From positions 69,033 to 133,032 of the forward strand of contig CALSCP010000216.1 of the NCBI GenBank assembly GCA_943704425.1: a DNA stretch of 64,000 nt, in the 5' to 3' direction. The translations under genes and the position numbers were made by a program. The notes beneath the pieces were generated by a model. The model was not told where the DNA came from and did no database searches. It saw only the letters and a list, made by a program, of their open reading frames with translations. This document shows, in pieces, positions 26,701 to 38,717 of the stretch; the stretch's first letter is position 1; every line of letters starts with the position of its first letter. Source of the stretch: Ministeria vibrans ATCC 50519. Its lineage: Eukaryota; Protista; Filasterea.

Positions 26701-29700
26701 CACGAGGGTCCGGTGAGTCCAGCAGGACAGTCACACACAAATCGCGCGATTGCATCAATGCAAATGCCGCCCTTGAGACACGCGCCATCAATGGGTAGAC
26801 TGGAATTAAACGTGGTGGGTCGCATCCAGGGCAGCGGGCACATCAAATCGCTCTCGGTGTCATTCAGTGCGCCGCCGAAAAGCAGTAGAGCAGCCAGTGG
26901 ATTCACCCCGTAGCTCACAGCCTGCGCAATCGTCGCGGGTGCGCACTCGTCAATGTTAATTTCGCAACAGGGCCCGGTGAAACCCGCGGCGCACGCACAC
27001 GAGCCGTTGAAGGCTACACAGTGGGCCGAAGCAGCAATGCCGCCCGATGGAGCAATATCAAGACACGTGCCATTATTAAGGCATGGCGATAGTGGCTCTT
27101 GATTGGCAAAACTCGTTTTGATGTAGTTGTAGCAAGAGGAATTGCGCACGAGAAGTGTTTCACAGAAAGTGCCGGTGTACTCGGGCGGACACGAGCAAAA
27201 GTCACAGGAGGTGTCGTTGAGCAAGCCCCCGTTGAAGCAAGGGTCGCCAATCTCACAGAGATCGCCGTGAAAGCCTCCAACGCACTCACAGCGATAGCGC
27301 GGATCCGTCGGCGACTCAATAGGAATGTCCAGACACGACCCGCAATTTTGGCATGGATTGATGGCGCACGCAGTGGTATTCACCTCACAAAGTGCACCGT
27401 ACACGCCAAGGGGACAGTCGCAGCGCCACGGATTGCCAAACCGTGACAAATCGCTCCCAGCCATGTCGGTGCAGGAGCCTTGCACACAGGTGATGTTGTG
27501 CGCGTCGCAGCCGTCGATGTCCTCGTCGCAACGCACACCTCGATACCCCTCGCGACACGTGCACGCAAAAGCGAGCGCGACACCATCGGTACAATTGATC
27601 GCGCCCGTGATACTACACGGGACAGTACGGCACACGTCAACGTCGTCTTGGCACGTGGGTCCTTCAAAACCCTCAGGACAGGCACAGACAAATGAGGCAA
27701 GTGCAGGACGCAGAATGCAGGTGGCGCCCACGCCGCAGGGCGACGACCCACAGAAATCCACCTCGGTCTCACAACGGGAGCCCGTGTAGCCCGCTGTACA
27801 CGTACACTTAGGCACAAGACCCAAGTCGACACAGCTGCCGCGATGCTGACATGGGTTCGGATCACAATGGTCAATCTCGACGGAGCAGAGCGTGCCGGTG
27901 TAACCTTGTGGGCACAGGCAGACAAACGAAGCGCCAATAAGAGCACAGGTGCTGCCCGATGCACATGGTGCACCTGCACACGGATCGGGCACGGTGCCAA
28001 TAGGTGTGCACGACAGTGGGTTCGTGAGCAGCCCTTGAGAGTTACAAGTGCGCACAAAGAAGTTGGTGCCATTGAGAAAGCCGTTGGTCGTGAATCCTCC
28101 ATCGCACACGTACACGGCCGTATCGCCAAACACAAGCTCGGTGCCAGCCGGTGTCACTGTGGCATTGGCAATGTTTGGCGCAACGCCACAGCGAATGCGC
28201 TCGAGACAGAGGGTGTTGACAAAACCTTGCGCACACACACACTCAAACGAGGAGAGTCCATCGAGACAGGTGCCACCATGAGCACACGGGTTCGAGAGAC
28301 ACTCGTCAAAATCCACATCGCAGAGGGTACCAGTCCAGCCAGCGGCACAAGTGCACGCAAAGGTACATGCGTCTACAGTGTTGGCGGTGCACACGCCGCC
28401 ATTGGCACATGGATTTGACGAGCACACGTCAACTGACGCGTCACAAGTGGCACCAGTGAATCCACAAGAACACGCGCACGAGTACCCTCCCAAGTGGTCT
28501 GTGCAGTTACCGCCGTTGGCACAGGGTAGAAGCAGTTGGCTCTGCAGTGGAATTACTCCGTGTTGGTCCCAGTAGTCTAGCGTCGCTTGGAGTGTGAGGG
28601 GCCTGCAGAAGGTTTGGACAATGTCACAGTGAGTACCAATGAACCCTGTTGGACAGGTGCACGTTTGACCGGCGGCAACGAGAAGGGTACAATTGGCACA
28701 CTGCGTGTCAAAGAGAGCATTGCACTCGCTCACAAGTGACTCCCCCTGCCCACACGTGCTGCACGGCTCACACGTGCCTGTCTGCGCATTCGCATAGAAC
28801 CCAGCATGACAAAAGCGCACGCAGCGATCTTCAAACAACGTCAAGTTTTGGCTGGCGTTGCACTCGACACAAACACGTGCGCTCGTACACGTGACACAAC
28901 CAGGTTCGCATGCAGTGCACGTGCGATCTTCCGTCGCAGTGCACGCCTGACTCTCAAATGTACCGGAGGGACATCCGAGCTGACAGGGTGTGCACAATGC
29001 ATCGCTGTTGGGTAGCGGTGCAAACGAGCCGGAGGGACACGCGGCACAGACACGATCGGTGCTCGAGAGGCACGGGGCGCTTTGATGGAAGCCAGCCGAG
29101 CAGAGGGTGCAGATTTGACAGATAGTATCAAAAGAGCCGTGACAACCGGCAAGTGCAAAAGTGCTGGGGGAGCAGATGGAGCACGGATCGCACGAGGTGC
29201 TCTGAATGCCGTCGGCACATGTGCCATTAAGAAACTCGCCCAAAGCACAAGACGTCTCACACGGCTCGCATGCCTCACCACCGTTGACGGCCTTGAACGA
29301 TCCTTGGGGACAAGCAACACACTGGTCGTCGGTCGACGCTCCACATATGCCGAGGAGCTCTTGGCCCGGTGGACACGCCGACGTGCAGTTGGCACAGTTG
29401 CGATCGGCAAAGCCCGAACTCAGACAGCCACCCGAGGCAAATTGGTTGGCGCCGCAGAGAGTGCAGGGCCGACATTCGCGCGTCGGCGACACAACCTTGT
29501 AGTAATCAGATGGGCATGTGCTCACGCACGTCTGCGAGGCGGACAAAAGAAAGGTGGGGTCAACGCACGCAACGCAGTTGTTGCTGTCTGGACCAAAGCA
29601 GGCAGCGCACGCAGGGTTGCAGGGAAGACAAGCACTGCCGCTGGCATCTTGGTAGTTTCCGGTAGTACACGCACTCACACAAGAAGATCCCTCGAGGAGA

Positions 29701-32700
29701 AAAGAGCCCACGCAAGTGAGACACGTCGAGGGGGAGTTGCGCGCGCAAGTAGCGCACGTGGAGTCACACGGCGTGCAGACGGGTGTCGACGTGGCCGTAC
29801 AGTCGCCTACAAGGGTTTCGGCAACCGAAGGGCACGACGCGGTACATGGCGAGCAGGGGAGGGCGGAGCGTGTGAGTGAGTAATGCTGTGGAGGACACAC
29901 TGGGCACGACGGCGATGTGATCGACGTGCAACTGCCAGTCAGCTCGGTGCCCGCATCGCACGCCTGAGTGCACGCCGCGCAAGCAACATTGCCCACCAAA
30001 GGCTTGAATGTGCCCGTAGTACACGGCAAGCAAATCTGGTTTTGAGTCGCGCTGCATGCGGCACTGAGGGTAAACCCCGCCCCACACATTGTCGAAGTAC
30101 ACGGCGTGCATAAAGTCGCAGCTGAAGCGATCCCTTTGAAGGTATTTGGCGGACAAGGTGAACACTGCAGCGTGAGTAGGCCGTTGCCGCACAGACCTGA
30201 CTGAAACAAGCCGGCGGGGCAATCTGCGGAGGGACATGCAGCGCAGACACGGTCGTTCGTTGGTGTGGGTGAGACCATCTCGAATTCGGTTGCATTGCAG
30301 ACGCGCAGTGGTGTGCAGCCCGTGTCGTAAAAGAGGGTGCACGCTCGCGATACAAAGCTTGTGCTGGGACAGGTCGAGCAAGATTGACATACAGTGTCGA
30401 CGCTGAGAGAACAGTTTTGCGTGGCAAAGGAGACGCCCGAGATGCATGTGGTGCACGCCTGGCACTGGCGTTGAGCAGTGGCGGTGCAAGGTGACACCTC
30501 AAAGGTGATGCCAAAGGAGCAGGAAATACAGGCAGGACAAGTGCCCGTCGTGGCATCAAGATAAAACCCCGGTACGATGGCGCTGAGTCCCTGAGTGCCA
30601 CAACAAGTGGCGCAACCCGAGGGACACGCAGTGAAAATGGGCAATGGAGAAAATTCGCCCGACATGACGGGAGCATAGCTACCGGGGACATTGTCGTTGA
30701 GTTGGAGCACGTAGTTGTTAGGTCCATCCCAATCTGTGTTGAGATAGGTGACAGTAGTTGCAGCAGAGGTCAGTCCACCCGCGTCATAACGCACTACGAC
30801 CACTGCCACCTGGATGGTGGTCGCCTCCGAGACGACTAGCGACGCACGAGCAGAAAAGGTGGCGCCACTCTGAGTGGCAAGAACAACTTCATTGCTCGAG
30901 ACCATGGTGCCTTGGCAGGCAGTCGCAGTCAGTGTGCCAGTCACAGGTTTCAAGTGAAAGTACACATCGGCGGTGACTGACGACGCTGGGGTCGGCGTAT
31001 CGGCAAGAGAGGCACTCAGTTGAAAGGAGGGTCCAACCTGAATGGGAGCTTCAAACTCCGCAATGTATGTGGCGGCCGAAATAGCACGGTTGAGGCGAGA
31101 CACGTCATTAATTTGAAGCAATTGGTTGTGATCAACGTCGAGCACGTCAAGATCCAGTACAACTCCCGGCGCAGCGACGCAGGGCGAGGTGAGAGAATTT
31201 TGACACTGATGTACGAGGAACAATTGGAGCAGCTGGGCGTCGGTGCCTGTCACTTGTGCGTCGCAGTTAACATCACCACGAACAGGTGTGACCATGCAGG
31301 CAGTGGCACGAGTAACACGCGAGACTTCGTGGTTGGCAGTTAATGCGCTGTCGAGGTCAGCGCTTCCAGGAGGGAGTTGGATGCTGGAAAAAATTCGCGC
31401 GAGATCCTCCTCGACATCTTCTTCTTCGATCCCATCGTCGCGTCGACGCCGACGCCCGAGCGAGGCCGAGACAACCATGGCGCCTGTGCCCGCCTGAAAG
31501 GTACGAGGGTATGACACCGACGCGATAAGCGTGTTGCCAGCGCGGTTGTTCAGTTCGACAAGGCTGCCACTGAAACTGGCCGTCCCCGACGTCCCAGCGC
31601 GTGCACGGAACGTGAGGGTGACCACGGAGACAACGTTGGTCAGGAGACCCGTCGACTTAACGAGACCCAACACACGAACACAGCCGACACAGACGGCATC
31701 GGGTGTGACAAGAATTTCGCTCCAGTCACTACGCGAGTCACGTTGGGAGCCAAGCAATTCGAGACGCGTCTTGTCGTAGTACACATCAGCAAGAAAGAAG
31801 CCCAGGGGTATGGAGCCCACATTGACACGCACCTCGATGTCAAATTGAACGCCTGGTGCCATTTGAGCGAATGGAAAGGACACGAGAGGGCCCAGATCAA
31901 CGTCGCCCATGACGGGAGCAAGATTACAGCTTACCGCGGCGGTATCGCTTGTTGAAGAGCTGCACGACAGCTTCGCCATAATCTCTACCGGTGACGAGCC
32001 GACGCTGTTCAAACGAAGTGTTACCAAACCTGTGGCAGAATCGACGCTGGCAATCGAGCTGTTACTCGACGAGTATGCAAGAGGGATGTCGGAGCGTGCG
32101 CTCGCAGCGGTCACACGTGTGCCATCGGCGAGAACCAAATCAACGTAGGTCTGCGCGGTAGCAACTCCCGACTGTCCCACAAGGGTGAAGCCCATCTCGG
32201 TCGGCGATTGAAAGTAGGTGACCATCAACGTGACGGAAACAGGCGAGTTGAGGGCACCAAAGGACTCGGTGGCGTCCACGCCGTTCCCGTTCAGTCCAAA
32301 ATTGGCACTGACCGTGACAGTCCCAGGCGATTCGGGAGTCACCACCACCACACCGCTGGTGGCGGAGTAATAGCGCGACTCAGGCGCCGAAATAATACCG
32401 TTAGTGGCCGTGAAGATAGTATGTTGTGTGACAGGTTGAGAAGCGCCGTCGCTGGCCACAAGCTTGAGGCTAAGTGACCGTTGTTGAAAGGGAGCAAGGG
32501 CGCAACCGAGACGCCCCACGTCGTCGTCGCCGAGGTCGACCATGTCGCTTGGCCACAGATTGACGGCGCCTGAGTTTACGTCGGGTGGATACTGGTGCAC
32601 ACCGACGGTGAACGAGTCGGTGGCAACGACGCTGATGGTGACCGGGTCAGACGCGACCGCATGTTGACCTGGTAATTTGACAGTGGCCACAAGCGTGAGG

Positions 32701-35700
32701 GTTCCACTCGAGGCACCCGTTGGCGTGGCACTCGGTTGTGCGGTCACAACCAATCGAGAGGGATCGCTCGAGGTAATGGATGTGCTATCGCTCGTAGAAA
32801 ATGTCGCCTGGAGACCCGTCTCGAAGATGACCAAGACAAAAAGCGAGCTGCTGGTAGACAATCCAAGGAGTGCGAGAGGATCGGAGGCACTAATGGCCAG
32901 ACGCGGCTCTGTGACGGAGAGGGTGACAGAGGCAATTTTGGGAAACTTGACGACAACGGTCGCCGAGGTGCGAAGGAGCGTGGCGAGACCGGCTTGAAAC
33001 GCGACTGAATTTTCGGAGCAGGTCGAAAAAATTCCTTCAAGACCTTCGCGACACCAGTCAAACATTGCAAGCGCACGGTATGTTGGCATGCCCGCAAGGT
33101 CGACCGCATCGACCACACGCACGGCACCTTCAGTCAGGTTAGCGTGGACGAGGAGCGAGCCGGGTGTGACACGGGTCACTTCTTGAACGGTACCATCACT
33201 GAGGAGGAGCCACACAATGATTTCGGCCTCGGCACCGGGCACCTCGAGGCTCTGTACGACGCCAGTCACGTTGATGGTTGCGCCCGGCATGCCTGCTGCA
33301 TCGAAAGTCGTAAGAGGTGTGGCGCCCGACGACGACGTGAGTAGTCCCGTGGCGGCAGCGACATGTAGTGACACAATGGTCACTGGTGCACTCGTGGACA
33401 CCGTCAGCAAAGTGCTGGCCAACGGAGTTTGGTCGGACGGACGGAGTGCAGAGATAGGTGTTGTCCCCGTCGTGAGACCCTCAATGATTACAGAAGACGT
33501 GGACGAGCTGGGAATGCTTTCGGTGCGCACGCTTGCAACGGCGTTGTTGTCGGCGGTAAGCGAGACAAGGCCCGTCACGTCGACCGTGCCCGCTTGAACA
33601 GAACCGTCCGCGTTTTGCAGGGTGGCGAGCACATGCGCGCCAGTGGACTGGAAACGATTGGCGTTGCTGGCGGTACTCTGACAGTCAGCGGGATAGTGTT
33701 GAATGGACTGCAACGTGGAGCGGTCAAGAACAACGCGCAACGAAGCAAAGGACCACGGTGAGAATACCATGGACGTTTGTTTCGAGTCGAGCGTCGCCAC
33801 GACTTCCGTGGCGGCGACTGGAGAAGGCACTACCTCGCCACCAGTAAGCTGCACTTGACAGCCACCGGTGCGAGATGTGACCGAAAACATGTTGTTATGA
33901 AGCGCAGAGCAGGCAGTGGGTGTGACGAGCGTGACGGGTGTGGAAGCGGACGAGTAGACGGCGTAGGTGTGAAGATCGCGAGTCAGAGATTCCCCCGTCA
34001 ACATGGCCGTGTTGACAAGGTTGTTTGAGGGTGTCTCGGAGGTGGAGGTGGGGGCGCGCATCAGAAGAATACCGCGCAAATCGTTGGTGCGAAACGAGAC
34101 ACTCCCTTGACTGCTTCGTCCCGTCGCATCGTCAAAGGTACAAGGGGTTGAAGCGTCGCCAAACTCGGCGTTTCCATCACTGAGCTGAATACCACCGCAC
34201 CCGAATAGAGCCGTGGAAGCAGTGACGACCGACGACCTGACTGTGAAGCGCACGGTCGCAAGGGGAACAGCAGTGCCTGATGTGGTGACCGTGTCGGTTG
34301 TGAGGCCATTGAGACCAAGGGTGCCCAGCGACGAGACTTTGATTAGGCCACTGAAGCCAATGGCAATCGTGGATCCTTGAGTGTCGTCGTGTGCTGTGAC
34401 CGAGGAGCTGTCGTACGTGAGCGTCACCTGCCAAGCTTTAAGAGTACGCGGAAGCACCGACGCAAAGACGCTGGTGGTGAAGGTGTCGCCGGGTGCGAGA
34501 GGCGCCAGTGGAAGCGACCAGTAGACAGCAATGTCGGCGATGGGAGGCGAGTAGGTGACTGTCGCGTGCAAGCTGGGCATGGCGGTGAGCCCAGTGACGG
34601 CAAGGGGCGCGGCCGCAGACGCGCTGGGTGATGTAAATGCGAGCAGCAAGGGGACTGCTGCGGATGGCGAGAACCAGGCGGTCGGCAGCCCGAGACTGAA
34701 GACGCACGGTGCGACGCCGACATGGCACGTCTCCGAACGAGTGTCGGCGGGCACGGTAGCGCGCGCCACGACCAATGCTAGCGTAGAGCCGCTGATCACA
34801 AGCGAGCTGCCCGTGGCATCGTACGCGGCTGCTACGACTCGTACGTTGGGCGCATCCACAAAAATGGAGTCGGCGAGCGCAATTGCCTCAACCCGAGCAA
34901 TCTGCCGCCGTGGCTTGTCGCTGAATTGCGTCGACGAGAGAGACTGTTGTAGTAGTGGGCGTCTGGCGAGGGAAATAGCCTTTGGAGCGACATCGTCGGA
35001 GCTAGTCGCGATCTGAAAAACAATACGTGAATAAAAATAATGAATTAATGAAGATAGTCACTCAATACTGTGCACTCAGACGTCAGAGAACTGAAGACCG
35101 TAAGGTAAAGAGAGTTCAACAGTGAGCAGAAGAAAGTAGAATGCTGAGATGACTCGGAGAGAAGGAAATGGGGACGATTGTTATTGCGAGCAGGTTTAGT
35201 GTCGAGCGATATCGAAGCGCACGGAACGTGTGCACATTTGAAGGCCGGTGAATGGTTTTAGTGGCATACTTGCAATGTGGCAGTGTAAAATTTGGATTCT
35301 TATCGAGGGGGAGGGGGGGCGCGTCCGACTTTTTGACGGGGTGATTGTTAATCCCAACCCTTTTGACGCTATTTTGCGGTGATTATGCGAATTTTCTATT
35401 TTACCGGGAAAGTCGTTGAGTCGGCGGATTCGACTGCAACAACGCTTGGTACAAGCTGTGGAGTGGCTTGCAAAAAGGATTGTGAGATGAGTTGGGTAGG
35501 GAGAGGGAGGCGAAGGTCGGGAGACAAGCACGGCAGGTCGACAGCTGTTGCGTTTGCGCATGTGCAGTTGTGGCTCGACGTGGCGACGCTTCCTGAGCAG
35601 TCTAGAGTAAGCAGCTGGAAGCACGAACTGTCTGAATCAAGCTGGCAGGTGCGGTAGAGTGCAATCTGTGTTGACGGCAAACCGGTCGACACTGTCCCCG

Positions 35701-35809
35701 CAGTGACATTTGACGAGCAAGGGTTGCACTGGGCAGACTGTACGGTCAGCAGAAGCCAAAGGCCCAAGAGGGGAGCAAAGATACGCAGGAAGGTTGTTAT
35801 CGAGGCCAT
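20751..35809 (-). CDS. Giant type I membrane protein (~4,890 aa): signal peptide, TMEM132-like cohesin/Ig region, second cohesin, dockerin, Cys-rich TNFR/furin-like repeats, EGF repeats, sushi-like module, TM helix, cytoplasmic FN3-like repeats
   Basis: Exon 1 (35809-35405, signal peptide MASITTFLRIFAPLLGLWLLL) splices in phase 0 to a single exon 35012-20751 that contains the 4702-aa ORF. Motifs: LVNTAMLTG and IVWLLLSDG (TMEM132-like), GDVNCDAQVTGTD..DVDHNQLLQIND (dockerin), many CxxNPC..C.C..GxTGxxC EGF repeats, and the TM helix WIYLAAGLAGLLLVLLLGCCCVLCA. Confidence 0.9.
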
Positions 35810-36324
35810 AAAAAAGAAAGCATGAAAATGTCTAAACAATAAACACGAGACGACGTCTGGGTCGAAGTCGAAGTAGATTCAGTCGGTGGCGAAAACTACT
35901 CAAAAAGAGCACCACACGAGCGACTCATGTGGTCGCACTGGTCTGTAACTTGTCAACGTAATCAGGTGAATATGCAGCAATAACAGCATCGAACTATCTC
36001 ACGAATACAGACAGGTTCAGAAAGGATAAGCAAACGTACATCGAAAATAAGCGAGAATTGTTTGATTACCATTGAGATGGAAAGAGAACTACCAGAGACT
36101 TCCCAGAGACACCGGAGGTCGGCCTTAAGCGGTTGGGCTGACAATTTAACACCCACTCAGGCACTCACACCCAGAGTCCCAGACGAGTGACGATATGTAC
36201 AAACCCATGGTCTCTCTTTTTTTTAATAGTCGAACAAATAACAATAATTTACACACCTTTTTCTATTTTTGTTTGTTAGCTTTTCTCTTCTTTATCTCTG
36301 ACTGCACGTCTCTGCCATCAAACC

Positions 36325-38537
36325 ATGGCATGTCCTTACTGCAACTCTGATGTGAGCGGTCTTGTACAGCAAGTCAAGGAACGCGACCGGCGCATTCGGG
36401 TGCTGGAGGCGCAGCTTGCATCGGCCAAAGGAGAGCGAGACGAGAGTCGACGACAATTTAGCGCGCTTCACACGCAGCTTGCTGCGGCCCCGGGCGTCAG
36501 CGAGCTCAATCGAATCAATCAGAGTGTCCGTCATATTGATCTGGAGTCAGTTGCGCGGGAACGTGAGCAGCGGAGGAGCGAATTTGAAACGGCTCGACTG
36601 GCGGCAATTGAGGCGTCGCGCCTCGCGACACTCGCACAGGAGCGACTTCAGCAGCTGTCCACACCGTACGAGAAACACCCGTGTTTAACTAGACACAAGC
36701 TTTGCTTGGTGGCGCGCGCGCGTCATATTGTTTTGGGAGAGAAAGAAAGGATTTCACACTTGCATACTTGTGTTTGTTTGTGTAGTGAACGATCAGTGTT
36801 GGTTGCTCGCGAAATTCACTTTGACCAAACGCGACCGGGTTCCTTTGAAGTACCAACCGACCACTATCGTGACCGTCCAGGCGTCGCGCGCGTTGTGACT
36901 CGCCCCATAAGCGGATCTCGCGTCAGCTCGACAGGCGGCCAGTCTCCCTCGCCACGGCCCAACGTCAACCCTGGCGGAAGCAGCTGTGTCGAGGATATTG
37001 TTGACGACGCCGACAAAGATACTGATCATGAAGAACTTCCTCCTACCATTGCGCCCCGGACGAGCAAGTCTGTATCCGTCTCGCACGAGTCAAACGTCTA
37101 CGTGAGCGCGTCTGATTTAGTCGAGCCCGCTCGCAACCCTTGGCCAGTGCCGACCCCCAGCGCTAGTGCAGTTCCAGCGCCAGCTGTGACGCGTCCAACA
37201 TCAACATCAACGTCAACGTCAACGTCAACGTCATCAACGCCGGCGCCGGGCGGAAAAAGTGAAAGTTCATTTTTTGCACCCTCGTCGTCGGATTATTCGA
37301 GGTCGACGAGTAACATGGTCGAGAACGAGTACTGCGAGATACTTGACGATGACCCGCGAACCGAGTCAAACAATGAGGTGCCCAGCGAAAGGCATTTTTC
37401 ACAGGCCGGCATTTATGGCGATCTTCCACTGTTTTTGGGCGAGGTGGAGGCAAATCAATTGCTTGTTGACGACGCAAACATCGCAACCATTGGTAGCGGC
37501 AGCATGAGCTCGGTCATGCGCGGTCGCTTGCAGTTGCGACGTGACGGACGCACGAGTGTACCGGTGGCGGTAAAACGTTTGCTGCCCGACGCGCGCGGTC
37601 GCTTTCGTGAGGAGCAAAAGTACGCCTTCAAGAAGGAAGTTGAGCACTTGTTGCAGCTGCGGCATCCTCATATTGTACAAATGCTGGCTCATGTGCAGAA
37701 GGGCACTAACCCGGCCGATTGGGCGATTGTTCTCGAACTGGCTGGCTGCTCCTTGGACAAGTTTCTCCGCCAGAACCCTCGATTTCTCGAACCCGATCGT
37801 GTCACTGCCGCACTCCAGATTGTAGATGCCTGTCAATTTCTGTCCAAGCAAAATGTCTTTCATCGAGACGTAAGTACGAAAAATGAGGATAAGAGTCCAC
37901 TCACACAATATAATAATTATTATTAATTATTATTATTATATTTTTGTCAAACTTTTAATGTTTTTCTCATGAATATTGCGTTTCATTTGACAGTTGGCAG
38001 CTCGAAACTGTCTTGTGTTCTTGGACAGAGACACCGACTACTTGGTCATGAAGTTATCGGATTTTGGAATGAGTCGCAAAGCAAACATAGATGCAGGGGA
38101 AGAGGTACAAAAATAGAATAAGATAATAATTAATAATAATATTTTTTCCGCAAAGATGTAAAAAGGATAATAATAATAATAATAATAATAATTATTATTA
38201 ATTGTACTATTTTTAGCCAATATATGAGCAAACCAACTTTACAACCCTTCCGGCGCAAAGTGCTCCTGAGACGTGGAACGACGCGATAACCACAAGCGCA
38301 TCGGACGTGTATCAATTTGGCTACTTACTCTGGGAGATTGTTTCTTCCTCTCCGCTCGGTTGGACGTGCCCATATTTTGAGACGCTTACTCGCGTTGGGT
38401 CGCTTCCGCGTCTACCAGGTGCTCATGCGCAGCTTCTTCTTCTCATGGACAAATGTGTGGATGAAAATCCTGCCAAACGTCCTTCGTTTGCCACGGTCGC
38501 GCAAAGACTCCACAACGTTTCACGTTCATTTCAATAA
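36325..38537 (+). CDS. Cytoplasmic tyrosine kinase(-like) protein with N-terminal coiled coil, no SH2/SH3 or TM recognised
   Basis: Spliced kinase domain (introns 37870-37993 and 38105-38216): IGSGSMSSV, VAVKRL, FKKEV, FHRD|LAARNCLV, KLSDFGMSR, APE, SDVYQFGYLLWEI and RPSF. Confidence 0.88.
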
Positions 38538-38717
38538 TTGATAGAAGAAGATTAGAAGAAGAAGAAGAAGAAGAAGAAGTATACAACTCATTTATAAATA
38601 AAAGAAGAATGAGAATTATTACTCAAGCTTCATTTATTATATTTTTATTAATAATTATTATTATTATCATTTCTACGAATACTGATTATTATTATTAATT
38701 TTTGTTTCGCTCTCTTG

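Noticed and set aside
20751-35809. Calling the giant EGF protein Notch, or a cadherin/coherin
   Set aside because: No LNR or ankyrin repeats and no cadherin repeats were recognised.
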